Assembly: GCA_038321865.1 (NCBI GenBank)
Contig: JBBQFH010000024.1
Span: 1 to 49,912 of the forward strand
From: Gemmatimonadales bacterium
GTDB lineage: Bacteria > Gemmatimonadota > Gemmatimonadetes > Gemmatimonadales > GWC2-71-9
DNA length: 49,912 nucleotides
Direction: 5' to 3'
Shown: positions 8,774 through 18,678 of the stretch, piece after piece
Position numbering within the stretch: position 1 is the stretch's first letter
How the letters are laid out: the number at the start of each line of letters is the position of its first letter
Notes under the pieces: model-generated
Seen by the model: only the letters and a program-made list of their open reading frames with translations
Told to the model about the DNA's origin: nothing
Database searches by the model: none
Made by a program: the position numbers and the translations under genes

Positions 8774-10978
8774 ATGCCTCGCCCCGTCGCCAGTCGCACG
8801 AATCGCCCCGCCCAGCCCAGGAAGCCGCGCAGTCCCCTGATCGCGCCAGGCTTGCGCCGGAGCCTGCTGCTCGCCGCGCTCGCCACGCTGACGTTCGTCT
8901 TCGTCATGTTCGTGGTGTCGTGGATGCGGATCTGCGCCGGCAACGCCTGCCCCTCGGTCGAGGGTCTCACCGGCTATTCCGCCAATCAGGCCGCCAAGGT
9001 GTACGCCGCCGATGGGCGGCTGATCACGGATCTGGGACTGGAGCGGCGGACCGTCGTTCCGCTCAAGGAGATGGCCCCCGCGGTCGTGGCGGCGTTCGTC
9101 ACCACCGAGGACAAGCGCTTCTATACCCATCACGGGATCGACTGGTATCGCGTCTTCGGCGCGATCAAGAACAACCTGATCGAGCGCCGGGTCGCCGAGG
9201 GATTCTCCACCATCACGATGCAGCTGGCGCGGAACCTCTGGCCCGACGACATCAGCGGGCGCGACAAGAGCATCCGGCGGAAAATGCGGGAGGCGCGAGT
9301 CTCGCTCGAGATCGAGCGGAAGCTGTCCAAGGACCGCATCCTCGAGCTCTACCTCAACCAGATCGACCTCGGGAACCGCGCCTATGGCGTCGAGGCCGCG
9401 AGCCAGCGGTACTTCGGCAAATCGGTGCGTGATCTCAACGTGGCCGAGGCGGCGACGCTCGCCGCCATTCCCAAGGCGCCGTCCCGCTACAACCCGCGGA
9501 AGAATCCCAATCTCAGCGTGCAGCGGCGGAACCTGGTCCTCAACCTGCTGCGGGACGCCGGCAAGCTCACGGCCAGGGACGCCGAGCGGTGGAAGGCGTA
9601 CCCGCTGCTGCTGTCGTCGCGCTCGGACTTCAGCGGCGTGGCCCAGTACTTCGTCGAGTACGTGCGGCAGCAGATGTACAGCCGCTACGGCGACGATCTC
9701 TACAAGCAGGGCTTCAGCATCTACACGACGCTCGACCTCGACATGCAGCTCGCCGCCGAGCGCGCGCTCGAGGCGCAGCTGCAGAAGATCGAGAAGATGC
9801 AGGGGTTCCGGCACCAGACGTACCGCCAGTATGCCGATGCGCATGCGGGCGATACCGGCGACAACAACCGCTCCAACACCCCCTACCTGCAGGGGCTGGT
9901 GGTTACGCTCGATGCCAAGTCCGGCGCGATCCGGGTGATGATCGGCGGGCGCGACTTCGAGGACAGCAAGTTCAACCGCACCGTGCAGGCGCTCCGCCAG
10001 CCGGGCTCGACGTTCAAGCCGTTCGTCTACTCCGCGGCGATCCGTGCCGGGTATCCGCTCTCCCATGTGATCGTGGACGAGCCGTTCTCGCTCGAGGTGC
10101 CGGGCCAGGATATCTGGACGCCGCAGAACTACGATCTCCAGTTCAAGGGACCGCACGATCTCCGCTGGAATCTCAAGGAGTCGCGAAACATTCCGGCCAT
10201 CAAGCTCGGCATGGAGATCGGCGAGGATGCCGTGATCGCCGAGGCCCGGCGCTTCGGCCTCTCGACCCCGATCTCGGCGGTGCCGGCCATCAACATCGGC
10301 GCGGCCGACGTCTACCCGATGGAAATGATCAGCGCCTACACCGCGTTCGCCAACCTCGGCACCCGCGTGGCGCCGGCGGCGATCCTCCGGGTGGAAGACC
10401 GCGAGGGGAACATCAAGTGGCAGCCGGAGCCGCGCACCGAGGACGTCATGAGCCGGCAGCACGCCTGGCTCATGACGTCGGTGCTCAGGGACGTCGTCCT
10501 GCACGGCACCGCCGCCGGCACCGTCGGCGGGCAGGTGAACTTCCCGACCGCCGGCAAGACCGGCACGACGAACGACGGCAACGACGTCTGGTTCATCGGC
10601 TTCACGCCCGAGCTGGTGACCGGCGTCTGGATGGGCTTCGACCAGCCGAGCAAGATCATCAGCAACGCCCAGGGCGGCCGCCTCGCCGCGCCGGCCTGGA
10701 CCACCATGATGCGCGAGATCTACGAACGTCGGCTGATCCCGGCCGACTGGCCGCGCCCGGACGGCCTCACGGTGTCCGAAGTGGACATCACCAGCGGCTA
10801 CAAGGCGACGACCCTCTGCCCGGCCGACGTGCGTTACATGGAGTCGTTCATCCCGGGCACCGAGCCGAGCGAGTTCTGTCCCCTGCACCTGTTCGATCCG
10901 TTCGGCGGCAGCGCGGCGGGCACCCAGCCGGCCACCGCTCCGCCACCGGCCGCTCCAGCCCCCACTCCCCGCCGCTGA
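8774..10978 (+). CDS. Class A penicillin-binding protein (PBP1A family)
   Basis: N-terminal TM; transglycosylase motifs [27 protein letters not shown]; transpeptidase motifs STFK, SRN, KTGT. Confidence 0.95.
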   Translation: MPRPVASRTNRPAQPRKPRSPLIAPGLRRSLLLAALATLTFVFVMFVVSWMRICAGNACPSVEGLTGYSANQAAKVYAADGRLITDLGLERRTVVPLKEMAPAVVAAFVTTEDKRFYTHHGIDWYRVFGAIKNNLIERRVAEGFSTITMQLARNLWPDDISGRDKSIRRKMREARVSLEIERKLSKDRILELYLNQIDLGNRAYGVEAASQRYFGKSVRDLNVAEAATLAAIPKAPSRYNPRKNPNLSVQRRNLVLNLLRDAGKLTARDAERWKAYPLLLSSRSDFSGVAQYFVEYVRQQMYSRYGDDLYKQGFSIYTTLDLDMQLAAERALEAQLQKIEKMQGFRHQTYRQYADAHAGDTGDNNRSNTPYLQGLVVTLDAKSGAIRVMIGGRDFEDSKFNRTVQALRQPGSTFKPFVYSAAIRAGYPLSHVIVDEPFSLEVPGQDIWTPQNYDLQFKGPHDLRWNLKESRNIPAIKLGMEIGEDAVIAEARRFGLSTPISAVPAINIGAADVYPMEMISAYTAFANLGTRVAPAAILRVEDREGNIKWQPEPRTEDVMSRQHAWLMTSVLRDVVLHGTAAGTVGGQVNFPTAGKTGTTNDGNDVWFIGFTPELVTGVWMGFDQPSKIISNAQGGRLAAPAWTTMMREIYERRLIPADWPRPDGLTVSEVDITSGYKATTLCPADVRYMESFIPGTEPSEFCPLHLFDPFGGSAAGTQPATAPPPAAPAPTPRR

Positions 10979-10979
10979 C

Positions 10980-12227
10980 GTGCGCCCGCGCCGGCTCACC
11001 GCCGCGTGGGTCGTGCCGGTGGAGGGCGCGCCGATACGCCGCGGCGCGATTCTCACCGACGAGCTCGGCCGGATCGCCGCGGTGGGGCCGGACGCCTCGG
11101 TGGCCCGGCCCGATGGCGCCGCCTCCGAGCACTTTCCCGATGCCGCGCTCCTGCCCGGCCTGGTCAACGCCCACACCCACCTCGAGCTGACGGGACTCGC
11201 GTCGGCGGTCGACCCGGCTGACTTCGCGGCATGGATTCGCGATCTCCGCGAGCAGAAGGCCGCCCGCACGCCGGCCGATTTCCTGGCGGCCGCTCGCGCC
11301 GGCATCGCGGACTGCCGCGCCGCCGGGATCACCACCGTCGCGGACACCGGCGATTCCGGTGCCGCCGTCGAAGCGCTGCATCAGCTCGGCGCGAGCGGGA
11401 TCGCCTACCACGAAGTCTTCGGGCCCCATCCCGATCAGCGTGATGCGAGTCTCGCGGGGCTTCAGGCCCGGGTAGCGGAGCTGCGCCGGTTCACCTCCGG
11501 CCGGGTGCGGCTCGGCGTGTCACCTCATGCACCGTACTCCGTGAGCGGTCCCCTGTACGCCGCCGTCGCCCGGTGGTCGCGGGAGGCCGGGCTGCCCATC
11601 GCGGTGCATATCGCCGAATCCGCCGCCGAGTCCGCCCTGCTCGGCGAAGGGTCGGGCGCCTTTGCCGACCTGTGGACCCGGCGGGGCATTCCCCTCCCGC
11701 CACCGCCGGGGCACACACCGATCGAGTGGCTGGCCGAGCACGGCGTCCTGGGCGAGACGACGCTCTGCATTCATGTCGTCCGCGCCGACCGCGCGGACGT
11801 GTCGCGCCTCGCCTCATCGGGCAGCGCCGTGGCCCACTGTCCGCTCTCCAACGCCGCGCACGGCCACGGCGCCGCGCCGCTCGCCCTGCTGCTCGGCGCC
11901 GGCGTCCGCGTGGGCGTCGGCACCGACTCGCCGATGAGCGTCGGCGCGCTCGACCTCATGGCCGCGGCCCGGGCGGCGCGCGCGCTCGCGGGGCTCGACG
12001 CCGAGGCGGCGCTCGCCCTCTGCACCCTGGGGGGGGCGCAGGCGATCGGATTGGGGCAGGAGGTCGGCTCCCTCGCGGCGGGGAAGTGGGCCGATGTCGC
12101 GGCCATTCGCGTGGATCCCGGCGTGGATCCGGTCGAGGCGGTCCTCGCCTCGTCGCCCGGCGACGTCGCGGCCACATTTGCGTCGGGTGAGCCGGTCTAC
12201 CGCGCCGCCGCGCCGGTTTCGCGGTGA
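10980..12227 (+). CDS. Metal-dependent amidohydrolase (nucleoside deaminase-like; MtaD / aminodeoxyfutalosine deaminase type)
   Basis: PGLVNAHTHLEL, SPHAPYSVS, HIAES, HCPLSN, GTDS. Confidence 0.82.
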   Translation: MRPRRLTAAWVVPVEGAPIRRGAILTDELGRIAAVGPDASVARPDGAASEHFPDAALLPGLVNAHTHLELTGLASAVDPADFAAWIRDLREQKAARTPADFLAAARAGIADCRAAGITTVADTGDSGAAVEALHQLGASGIAYHEVFGPHPDQRDASLAGLQARVAELRRFTSGRVRLGVSPHAPYSVSGPLYAAVARWSREAGLPIAVHIAESAAESALLGEGSGAFADLWTRRGIPLPPPPGHTPIEWLAEHGVLGETTLCIHVVRADRADVSRLASSGSAVAHCPLSNAAHGHGAAPLALLLGAGVRVGVGTDSPMSVGALDLMAAARAARALAGLDAEAALALCTLGGAQAIGLGQEVGSLAAGKWADVAAIRVDPGVDPVEAVLASSPGDVAATFASGEPVYRAAAPVSR

Positions 12228-12667
12228 CCAAGCTTCCGCGCCACGCGGCGATCCTCCGCCTGGTCCGCGAACGCCGGATTCGGAACCAGGACGAGCTCCG
12301 CGCCGCGCTCGCCGCCGAAGGGGTGACGGCCACGCAGGCCACCCTCTCGCGCGACATCCACGAGCTCGGACTCGTGAAGGTCTCGGATTCGGAAGGCGTG
12401 TTCTACGGCAACGGCGCCGACGCCGCCGGCGTGCGGCCCGAGCTCGGCCAGCTGGTGCGCACTCTGCTGATCAGCGCGGACGGGGTGGGACCGATGCTGG
12501 TGCTGCGGACGCCCGTCGGCTCCGCCGGCGCGCTGGCGGCCGGCGTGGATGGAGCGGGGTGGAGCGAGATCATCGGTACGATCGCGGGTGACGATACCAT
12601 CCTCGTCATCACCCGGGGACCGAAGGAGCGTGAAGTGGTGGCCGCCCGGCTCCGGAGCCTCGCGTAG
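12224..12667 (+). CDS. argR: Arginine repressor
   Basis: QDEL, TQATLSRDI winged HTH, GTIAGDDTILVI arginine-binding motif. GTGA overlap. Confidence 0.93.
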   Translation: MTKLPRHAAILRLVRERRIRNQDELRAALAAEGVTATQATLSRDIHELGLVKVSDSEGVFYGNGADAAGVRPELGQLVRTLLISADGVGPMLVLRTPVGSAGALAAGVDGAGWSEIIGTIAGDDTILVITRGPKEREVVAARLRSLA

Positions 12668-12743
12668 CCCCTACCGGCCCTTCGCCGCGCAAGTTACGAT
12701 TCCCGGGACCTGGTCACGATTCATTCCACCCGGGAGCTCTCCC

Positions 12744-13289
12744 GTGCGGTGTCTGGCGCTCAACGCCTCCTTCGAACCATTGACGATGGTCCCCATCCGG
12801 CGCGCGCTCCGGCTCGTGATCGAGGGCAAAGCGGAGATCGTCGAAGCCGACGACGACCTCATACGCAGCGAACGCCTGACGTTGCCGAAACCCGCGATCA
12901 TCCGTCTCGTCAAGTTCGTGCACGTTCCCCGCCGCTTCCGCCGCCAGGTCACAAACACCTTCCTCTTCGCCCGCGACGGCTACCGCTGCCAGTACTGCCA
13001 CCGGCCGCAGAATGAGCTGCGCCATCGCGAATGCCTCACGCGCGACCACCTGATTCCGCTGTCCCGCGGCGGCGACAACGAGTGGACCAACGTCGTGACG
13101 GCGTGCAGCAGCTGTAATACCCGCAAAGGCAATTCGCTGCCCCACGAGTGCCACATGGAGCCGCTCGCCGCCCCGCACGAGCCGCACTTCGTGCACCTCA
13201 GCTGGGCGGTGCGCCGCCTCTCGGTCACCCAGGCCAAGTACATCCGGATGTTCTACGGCCCCGAGGCGCTCCGGGCGCTCGGCATGTAG
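12744..13289 (+). CDS. HNH endonuclease
   Basis: LALNASFEPL, RDGYRCQYC, TRDHLIPLSRGG, WTNVVTACSSCNTRKG. GTG start after GGGAG. Confidence 0.9.
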   Translation: MRCLALNASFEPLTMVPIRRALRLVIEGKAEIVEADDDLIRSERLTLPKPAIIRLVKFVHVPRRFRRQVTNTFLFARDGYRCQYCHRPQNELRHRECLTRDHLIPLSRGGDNEWTNVVTACSSCNTRKGNSLPHECHMEPLAAPHEPHFVHLSWAVRRLSVTQAKYIRMFYGPEALRALGM

Positions 13290-13474
13290 GGCTTCCGCCA
13301 TCCGCGGGACCGCCGGGTTAGATTGCTGGGGTAGCCGCAGGCCACCCGGCCGCTTCCGCCAACCCTTGGCGCGCGCCACCCGGGCCGTTCCTCCGCCCGG
13401 GCGGGTCTCATTCCACGTTCCCGTACGCTGCACGGGATTCCATCCCCCATCGCTCCGATTGCCGGGGCAGCCGC

Positions 13475-13915
13475 ATGACAGCGGAATCGCCGGCTGCCAC
13501 CGGCGTGGCGCGCGAGCTGTGGTCCGCTGCGTCCGCCGCCGCCAGCTCGCCCGAGGAGATCGCCGCCGCTGCTGACCGGATGCTGTTCCAGCTCCGGACC
13601 GGGCTCGGCCGATGGATCGGCGCGGACGGCTACCGTGCGCTGTTCGACCGCTCCCTCGAGCTCGCCCAGGCGGAGCAGCCCGCGCTGAGCGTGCTGGCGC
13701 GCCGGGACGGCGACGCAGTGCTCACGGCCGCCGCCGTCCGGGCCCAGGGGCCGGAGGAGCTGGCGACCGGGCTGATGCGGCTGACGGCACAGATCATCGA
13801 GCTGCTGGGCCGGATCGTCGGGGAGGAGATGGCGATCAGGCTGGTCGAGCACACCGCCATGGAAGCGCCGCAGGGCAACACCGGGACCGAAAGGAAGGCA
13901 GGACGGAATGGCTAG
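13475..13915 (+). CDS. Hypothetical helical protein associated with the KaiC-like ATPase
   Basis: 146-aa ORF with host-like codon usage (LGRWIGADGYRALFDRSL; LLGRIVGEEMAIRL), overlapping the next gene by 8 nt. Confidence 0.75.
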   Translation: MTAESPAATGVARELWSAASAAASSPEEIAAAADRMLFQLRTGLGRWIGADGYRALFDRSLELAQAEQPALSVLARRDGDAVLTAAAVRAQGPEELATGLMRLTAQIIELLGRIVGEEMAIRLVEHTAMEAPQGNTGTERKAGRNG

Positions 13916-15614
13916 CACTGGCAAGCGAACGCGCCCGACGGGCAAGGCCGGCCGCCAGGGACTCCCCCTGCTCCAAACCGGCGTGCCGGGATTCGACGAG
14001 GTGCTCGGCGGCGGGCTGCCGGCGCTGTCGTTCAACCTCCTCGCCGGCAGCCCCGGCGCCGGGAAGACGACGCTCGCGATGCAACTGCTCTTCGCCAACG
14101 CCACGCGCGCCCGGCCGGGGCTCTTCATCACGCTGCTGGGCGAGCCGTCGCTCAAGCTGCTCCGCTACCAGCAGCGGTTCGATTTCTTCGAGGTCGGCCG
14201 GGTGGGCAGCGAGGTGCACATCATCAACCTCAGCGAGGAGGCCCTCCTCGGCGATCTCGATGCGGTGCTCGCGCGCATCACCACGGAGGTGGACCGCCTG
14301 CGCCCCGGCATCATCGTGGTGGACTCGTTCCGCTCGCTGGTACGCACCCAGGATTCGCCCGATACCGATTTGCCGATCGAACATTTCGTGCAGCGACTGG
14401 CCCTCCATCTCACCACCTGGGAAGTCACTTCCTTCCTGATCGGCGAGTACGAGGTCAGCGAGCTCCGGAATCCGGTCTTCACCGTCGCCGACGGCATCAT
14501 CTGGCTGGCCCAGGCGGTGGACCGGAACTCCGTGGTCCGGAAGGTCCAGGTGGTCAAGATGCGGGGCATGGCCACCATGCCCGGCCTGCACACCCTGCGG
14601 ATGGGCTCGACCGGGATCCAGGTATTTCCCCGGACACCGGAGCGGCGCGACGACGTTCACGCCCGGGGCGGCCACCGCCTCTCCACCGGCATTGCCGGGC
14701 TCGACGCCCTGATGGGCGGCGGCATTCCGGCGGGTGACTCGCTGGTGCTCGCGGGCCCGACCGGCACCGGCAAGACGACGTTCGCCATGCACTTCATCGC
14801 CGCCGGCCTGCTCGCCGGCGAGGCGGCCGTCATCGCGATCTTCGAGGAGCATCCGGAGGTCTATCTCGAGCGGGCCAGGCATTTCGGCGTGGACCTGCGG
14901 GAGGCGATCCGCAGCGGCAAGCTCAGGATCATCTATCTCCGTCCCCTCGACCTGTCGGTCGACGAGACCCTCGACGAGATCCGGAGTTCGGTCAACGCCA
15001 TCGGCGCCAAGCGAGTGGTGATCGATTCGATCTCGGGCTTCGAGATGGCGCTCGCCCCCACCTTCCGCGAGGATTTCCGCGAGTCGTTCTACCGGCTGAT
15101 CGGCGCGCTCACCGGGCTCGGCGTCACCGTGTACTCCACCGTGGAAGTGGTGGGCGGCGAAGCGGGACTGCAGCTCACCGGGTACCAGGTGTCGTTCCTC
15201 ACCGACGAAGTGCTGAGCCAGCGCTACGTCGAGATGGAGGGCGAGCTGCGAAAGGTGCTGGTCGTGGTCAAGATGCGCGGCAGCGACCACAGCCGGAATT
15301 TCTGCACCTACGAGCTGACGGCCGCGGGCGTGCAGATCGGGCCCGCGCTCCGGGATTACGACGGGATCCTGACGGGATCCCCCGTCCGCATGGCGCGGAC
15401 GCCGCAGGTGACTCACCCGGGGCTCACCCGGGACGAAGTCGTGGTGCTGGACACGGTCATGGGCTCGGGACCGGTGACCGCGGGCGACATCGCGCAGGCC
15501 ACGCGGCTGCCGCGCGAGGAGCTCGCCGCCATTCTCGATCGGCTGCTCAAGCTGAGCTACATCACCCGGAACCGCTCCCGCTATGCCGCGGAGGCGCGCT
15601 CGCGCGATCGCTGA
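13908..15614 (+). CDS. KaiC-like double RecA-fold ATPase with C-terminal winged-HTH extension
   Basis: Two Walker A motifs (GSPGAGKT, GPTGTGKT), two Walker B motifs (VVDS, VIDS), two KMRG fingers. C-terminal GPVTAGDIAQATRLPREELAAILDRLLKLSYI resembles a wHTH. Confidence 0.88.
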   Translation: MASTGKRTRPTGKAGRQGLPLLQTGVPGFDEVLGGGLPALSFNLLAGSPGAGKTTLAMQLLFANATRARPGLFITLLGEPSLKLLRYQQRFDFFEVGRVGSEVHIINLSEEALLGDLDAVLARITTEVDRLRPGIIVVDSFRSLVRTQDSPDTDLPIEHFVQRLALHLTTWEVTSFLIGEYEVSELRNPVFTVADGIIWLAQAVDRNSVVRKVQVVKMRGMATMPGLHTLRMGSTGIQVFPRTPERRDDVHARGGHRLSTGIAGLDALMGGGIPAGDSLVLAGPTGTGKTTFAMHFIAAGLLAGEAAVIAIFEEHPEVYLERARHFGVDLREAIRSGKLRIIYLRPLDLSVDETLDEIRSSVNAIGAKRVVIDSISGFEMALAPTFREDFRESFYRLIGALTGLGVTVYSTVEVVGGEAGLQLTGYQVSFLTDEVLSQRYVEMEGELRKVLVVVKMRGSDHSRNFCTYELTAAGVQIGPALRDYDGILTGSPVRMARTPQVTHPGLTRDEVVVLDTVMGSGPVTAGDIAQATRLPREELAAILDRLLKLSYITRNRSRYAAEARSRDR

Positions 15615-17209
15615 TGCCGCCGAATGCGGTCGCCCCGGCCGGGGCGCGGGAACAGTGGGAACGCGACAAGCGCTACCTGGAGCTCGTCGAGCTGGCACCG
15701 GACGGCATCCTGATTCATGACGGGCAGTACATCGTGCTCGCGAACGCCGCCGCGGTCCGCCTCGCCGGCGCGGCGCACCGGAGGCAGCTGATCGGCCAGC
15801 CGATCGACATGTTCCTGCATCCGCCGTTCCTCAAGGCGCTGCAGGCCCAGCTCACCCGGGGCCAGGCCTCCGACCTCGCGGCACCGGTCCGGGACACCCT
15901 TCGCCGGCTCGACGGCGCCGAAATCGAGATCGAAGTTCGCGCGATCGCCTTCATGGACGGGGACCAGCCCTCGGCGCACGTCGTCGTGCGCGACATCACC
16001 GAGCGCCTCGCGGCGGAGCAGGCCGCCCGGCATGTCGAGCAGCTGCTGCACCAGGCCCAGCGCATGGAGTCGGTGGGCCTGCTCGCCGGCGGTGTCGCCC
16101 ACGAAGTCAACAACATGATGGCGGTCGTGCTCGGCTTCGCCGACTTCCTGGCCCGCGACGCGCGGCTCCCGCCCGACTGCACCGCCGACGTCCGGGAGAT
16201 CATGAAAGCGGCGGAGCGCGCCGCCACCGTCACCCGCCAGCTCCTCGCCTTCAGCCGCCGAGCCGTGCACCGCCCGCGCGCGGTCGACCTCTGCCGCGCC
16301 ATCCGCGAACTCGAGCCCGTGCTCCGGCGCCTGCTCGGCGCGGGCCGGCAGCTGCTGGTGGCGTCGGACGCCGGCTGTCGCGTGTGGGTCGATCCCGGGC
16401 AGCTCGAGCAGGTGGTGATCAACCTGTCCCTCAACGCGCGTGACGCGATGCCGGACGGCGGGACGCTGTCCATCTCGACCAGGGAGAGCGATCTCCCCGT
16501 CGGCAGCATCGCCGCCGACGGCACCGCGATTCCCATCGGCCGCTACGCGGTCGTCATCGTGCGCGATACCGGCATCGGGATGGACTCGGCTACCCTGGCA
16601 CGGATCTTCGAGCCGTTCTTCACCACCAAGCCCGTGGGCCAGGGGACCGGCCTCGGGCTTGCCGCGGCGCAGGGGATCCTCGTGCAGAGCACGGGGTTCA
16701 TCGGGGTGGTCAGCGCGCCGGGCGAAGGCACCACCTTCACCCTGTATCTGCCCATCCTGCCGTCCGACTCGGCGCCGGACCGGCGCGGGGAAGAGCGGCC
16801 GCCGGCCACCGATGTCGCGTATCGCGGGGTGTCGGTCCTCGTGGTGGATGACGAGGCGGCGCTGCGCGGGGTCGCCGCGCGGAGTCTGGAGCACGCCGGT
16901 TTCCGCGTCGTCCAGGCTGCCGATGGCATTCAGGCGCTCGAGATGGTGGACCGTCACGGGCCGCCCCAGGTCGTCATCACCGACCTGATCATGCCCGGCA
17001 TGAGTGGCGCCGCGCTGGCACGCCGGCTCAGAGATCGCTGGCCCGCGCTGCCGGTGATCTTCATGTCGGGTTACCCGCGGGAGGAACTGCAGCGACAGGG
17101 CGCGCTCGTCGCGGACGGCGAGCTGCTCGCCAAGCCCATCACCCCGGGCGAGCTGGTGGCGAGTGTCGCCGCGGCGCTCGCGCGGGCGGCCACCGCCGAG
17201 ACCGGCTGA
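15614..17209 (+). CDS. PAS-domain hybrid sensor histidine kinase / response regulator
   Basis: PAS (ELAPDGI...RDITER), H-box AHEVNN, NLSLNARDAM, DTGIGM, FEPFFTTK, GTGLGL, receiver VVDDE...TDLIMPG...KP. TGATG coupling. Confidence 0.93.
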   Translation: MPPNAVAPAGAREQWERDKRYLELVELAPDGILIHDGQYIVLANAAAVRLAGAAHRRQLIGQPIDMFLHPPFLKALQAQLTRGQASDLAAPVRDTLRRLDGAEIEIEVRAIAFMDGDQPSAHVVVRDITERLAAEQAARHVEQLLHQAQRMESVGLLAGGVAHEVNNMMAVVLGFADFLARDARLPPDCTADVREIMKAAERAATVTRQLLAFSRRAVHRPRAVDLCRAIRELEPVLRRLLGAGRQLLVASDAGCRVWVDPGQLEQVVINLSLNARDAMPDGGTLSISTRESDLPVGSIAADGTAIPIGRYAVVIVRDTGIGMDSATLARIFEPFFTTKPVGQGTGLGLAAAQGILVQSTGFIGVVSAPGEGTTFTLYLPILPSDSAPDRRGEERPPATDVAYRGVSVLVVDDEAALRGVAARSLEHAGFRVVQAADGIQALEMVDRHGPPQVVITDLIMPGMSGAALARRLRDRWPALPVIFMSGYPREELQRQGALVADGELLAKPITPGELVASVAAALARAATAETG

Positions 17210-18422
17210 GGCGAGCGAGGCCGACGCCCAGCCCCAGGCCGATCGCCGCGCCCAGCCAATCGAGCGGTGGCGTGAACCGGAGGCCGAACGACGGCGGCAG
17301 CAGGACCATCCCCAGCACGATGGCGACCGCCGCGACCCCGGTGGCCGCTCTGCCACCCAGCGCGGCCCAGAATCCCGCCGGCGCCAGCGTCACGACCAGC
17401 CACAGCGCGCTCGCCAGTCCCGTCAGCCGCCCCAGATCGGTTTCCCAAGGCCAGAGGAAGGTCCAGCTCATGCTGGGCGCCAGCACTCGCTCCACCCTTT
17501 CGGCCCCACGCGCCCGCACCGCCGCCGCCGTCATCACCCCGTGATGCCAGCCGAGGGTGAATGCGATCGGCACGCCGGCATCGGCGGGGGCGGCTGATCG
17601 AACCACGATCGTCGGGCTCCGGAGGCGGAGCACGCCGGCCCGGCCGCGGACGGCAAATTCGTAGTCCGTCTCCTTCTGGCGCCATTCGAGGAAGATGTCG
17701 CCCGAATCGTTGGCGAGCCCGAAGATCTGGGCGTTCTCCTCGACGCGTCGGCCCGAGGTGGCCTGCACGACCAGGTCGAACTCGCCCGACGCAATCCGCC
17801 GGTGCACCAGCGGCGTAATGGACAGAGGGCCGTCAGGAAGGGACAGTTCGTTGAGCCGGACGCCCACGATTCGGCCGGCCCAGGTGCCGCGGAGGGGAAA
17901 GTCGTGGGCCCACTGGCCCCAGTAGCCCCCGCCGGCCGCGGCGGGGTGCAGGGCGGCGGCGCTCGCCGCGTACGCAGCCAGCCAGACCGCCGTGGCCAGG
18001 GCCGCCAGGCGCCGGGCCGTTACCGGCGCGGGCCGGACCAGCCGGGCGCCGTGGGTCACGAGCAGCCACCCGAGCGCGCCACCGGCGGTATTGGTGAGGA
18101 GGTCGCTGAGGCTGGCGTCCCGGCCGACGACCACGGTGTACTGGAGCAGCTCGACGGTCAGGCTCACCAGGAAGGCGAAGGCGGTCGCCGTCCGGAGAGT
18201 ACGGCGGAGGACGCCGAGCCCGAGCCCCAGCGGCAGGAAGAGGGCCAGATTGAGCAGCACGTCGGCGCCGCCGACGTCGCCGCAGACCAGGCAATCGAGC
18301 GGCGTCCTGACGGCGTCGAGCACCTGGTCCGGAGCGGAGCGGAGGGTCAGGGCGGCGATGGCCACGAGCGCGCCGAGGGTGAGGGCGGCGCCGGTCGTGC
18401 TGCGGGCGGGGCGAACCGGCAA
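17139..18422 (-). CDS. VanZ-family membrane protein
   Basis: DVLLNLALFLPLG, SLTVELLQ, GRDASLSDLLTNTAGG, plus further TM helices. Start uncertain (TTG 18422 after AAGGA, or GTG 18461). Confidence 0.78.
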   Translation of the reverse strand: MPVRPARSTTGAALTLGALVAIAALTLRSAPDQVLDAVRTPLDCLVCGDVGGADVLLNLALFLPLGLGLGVLRRTLRTATAFAFLVSLTVELLQYTVVVGRDASLSDLLTNTAGGALGWLLVTHGARLVRPAPVTARRLAALATAVWLAAYAASAAALHPAAAGGGYWGQWAHDFPLRGTWAGRIVGVRLNELSLPDGPLSITPLVHRRIASGEFDLVVQATSGRRVEENAQIFGLANDSGDIFLEWRQKETDYEFAVRGRAGVLRLRSPTIVVRSAAPADAGVPIAFTLGWHHGVMTAAAVRARGAERVERVLAPSMSWTFLWPWETDLGRLTGLASALWLVVTLAPAGFWAALGGRAATGVAAVAIVLGMVLLPPSFGLRFTPPLDWLGAAIGLGLGVGLARLSRSRRWPPARAPRRHSPPARPG

Positions 18423-18566
18423 TCGGTGCCATCCTTTGCATTTGCGGAAGGTCCGCCTCACGGCGGGTGATGCGGCGTTACAACAGCAGGCCAGAAACGT
18501 CGTCGGTGAGAATATCTATCACGTTGGCCGGATTGGGCTTATAATCGCGTGTGCTGTGGATCACAG

Positions 18567-18582
18567 CGGCATGCCGCTTGCT
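18567..18582 (+). promoter_or_regulatory. Putative sigma-54 (-24/-12) promoter
   Basis: CGGCAT-GCCGC-TTGCT has the exact GG-N10-GC spacing, about 100 nt upstream of the HpsJ-like/PEP-CTERM pair. PEP-CTERM genes are commonly sigma-54 dependent. Confidence 0.6.
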
Positions 18583-18678
18583 CACCCGACTTTCCGGATC
18601 ATCAACGCGTCAACGCGTCGGGGACTGCGGCAAGATACACCCTCACCACCGTCCATACCGGACAGCCACAGGAGCCTG

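Noticed and set aside
12744..13289. HNH nuclease as a homing or mobile element or restriction system
   Set aside because: Host-like codon usage, a common standalone family, and no intron, methylase or flanking repeats.
13908..15614. True circadian clock kaiC
   Set aside because: No kaiA or kaiB nearby, second phospho-site replaced by Phe, and an atypical C-terminus; gene symbol withheld.
274..17356. Long antisense and alternate-frame ORFs (e.g. 274-2199 -, 8765-11347 -, 13836-15698 -, 15581-17356 -)
   Set aside because: They shadow well-supported genes, lack motifs, and are the expected by-product of high GC3 codon usage.
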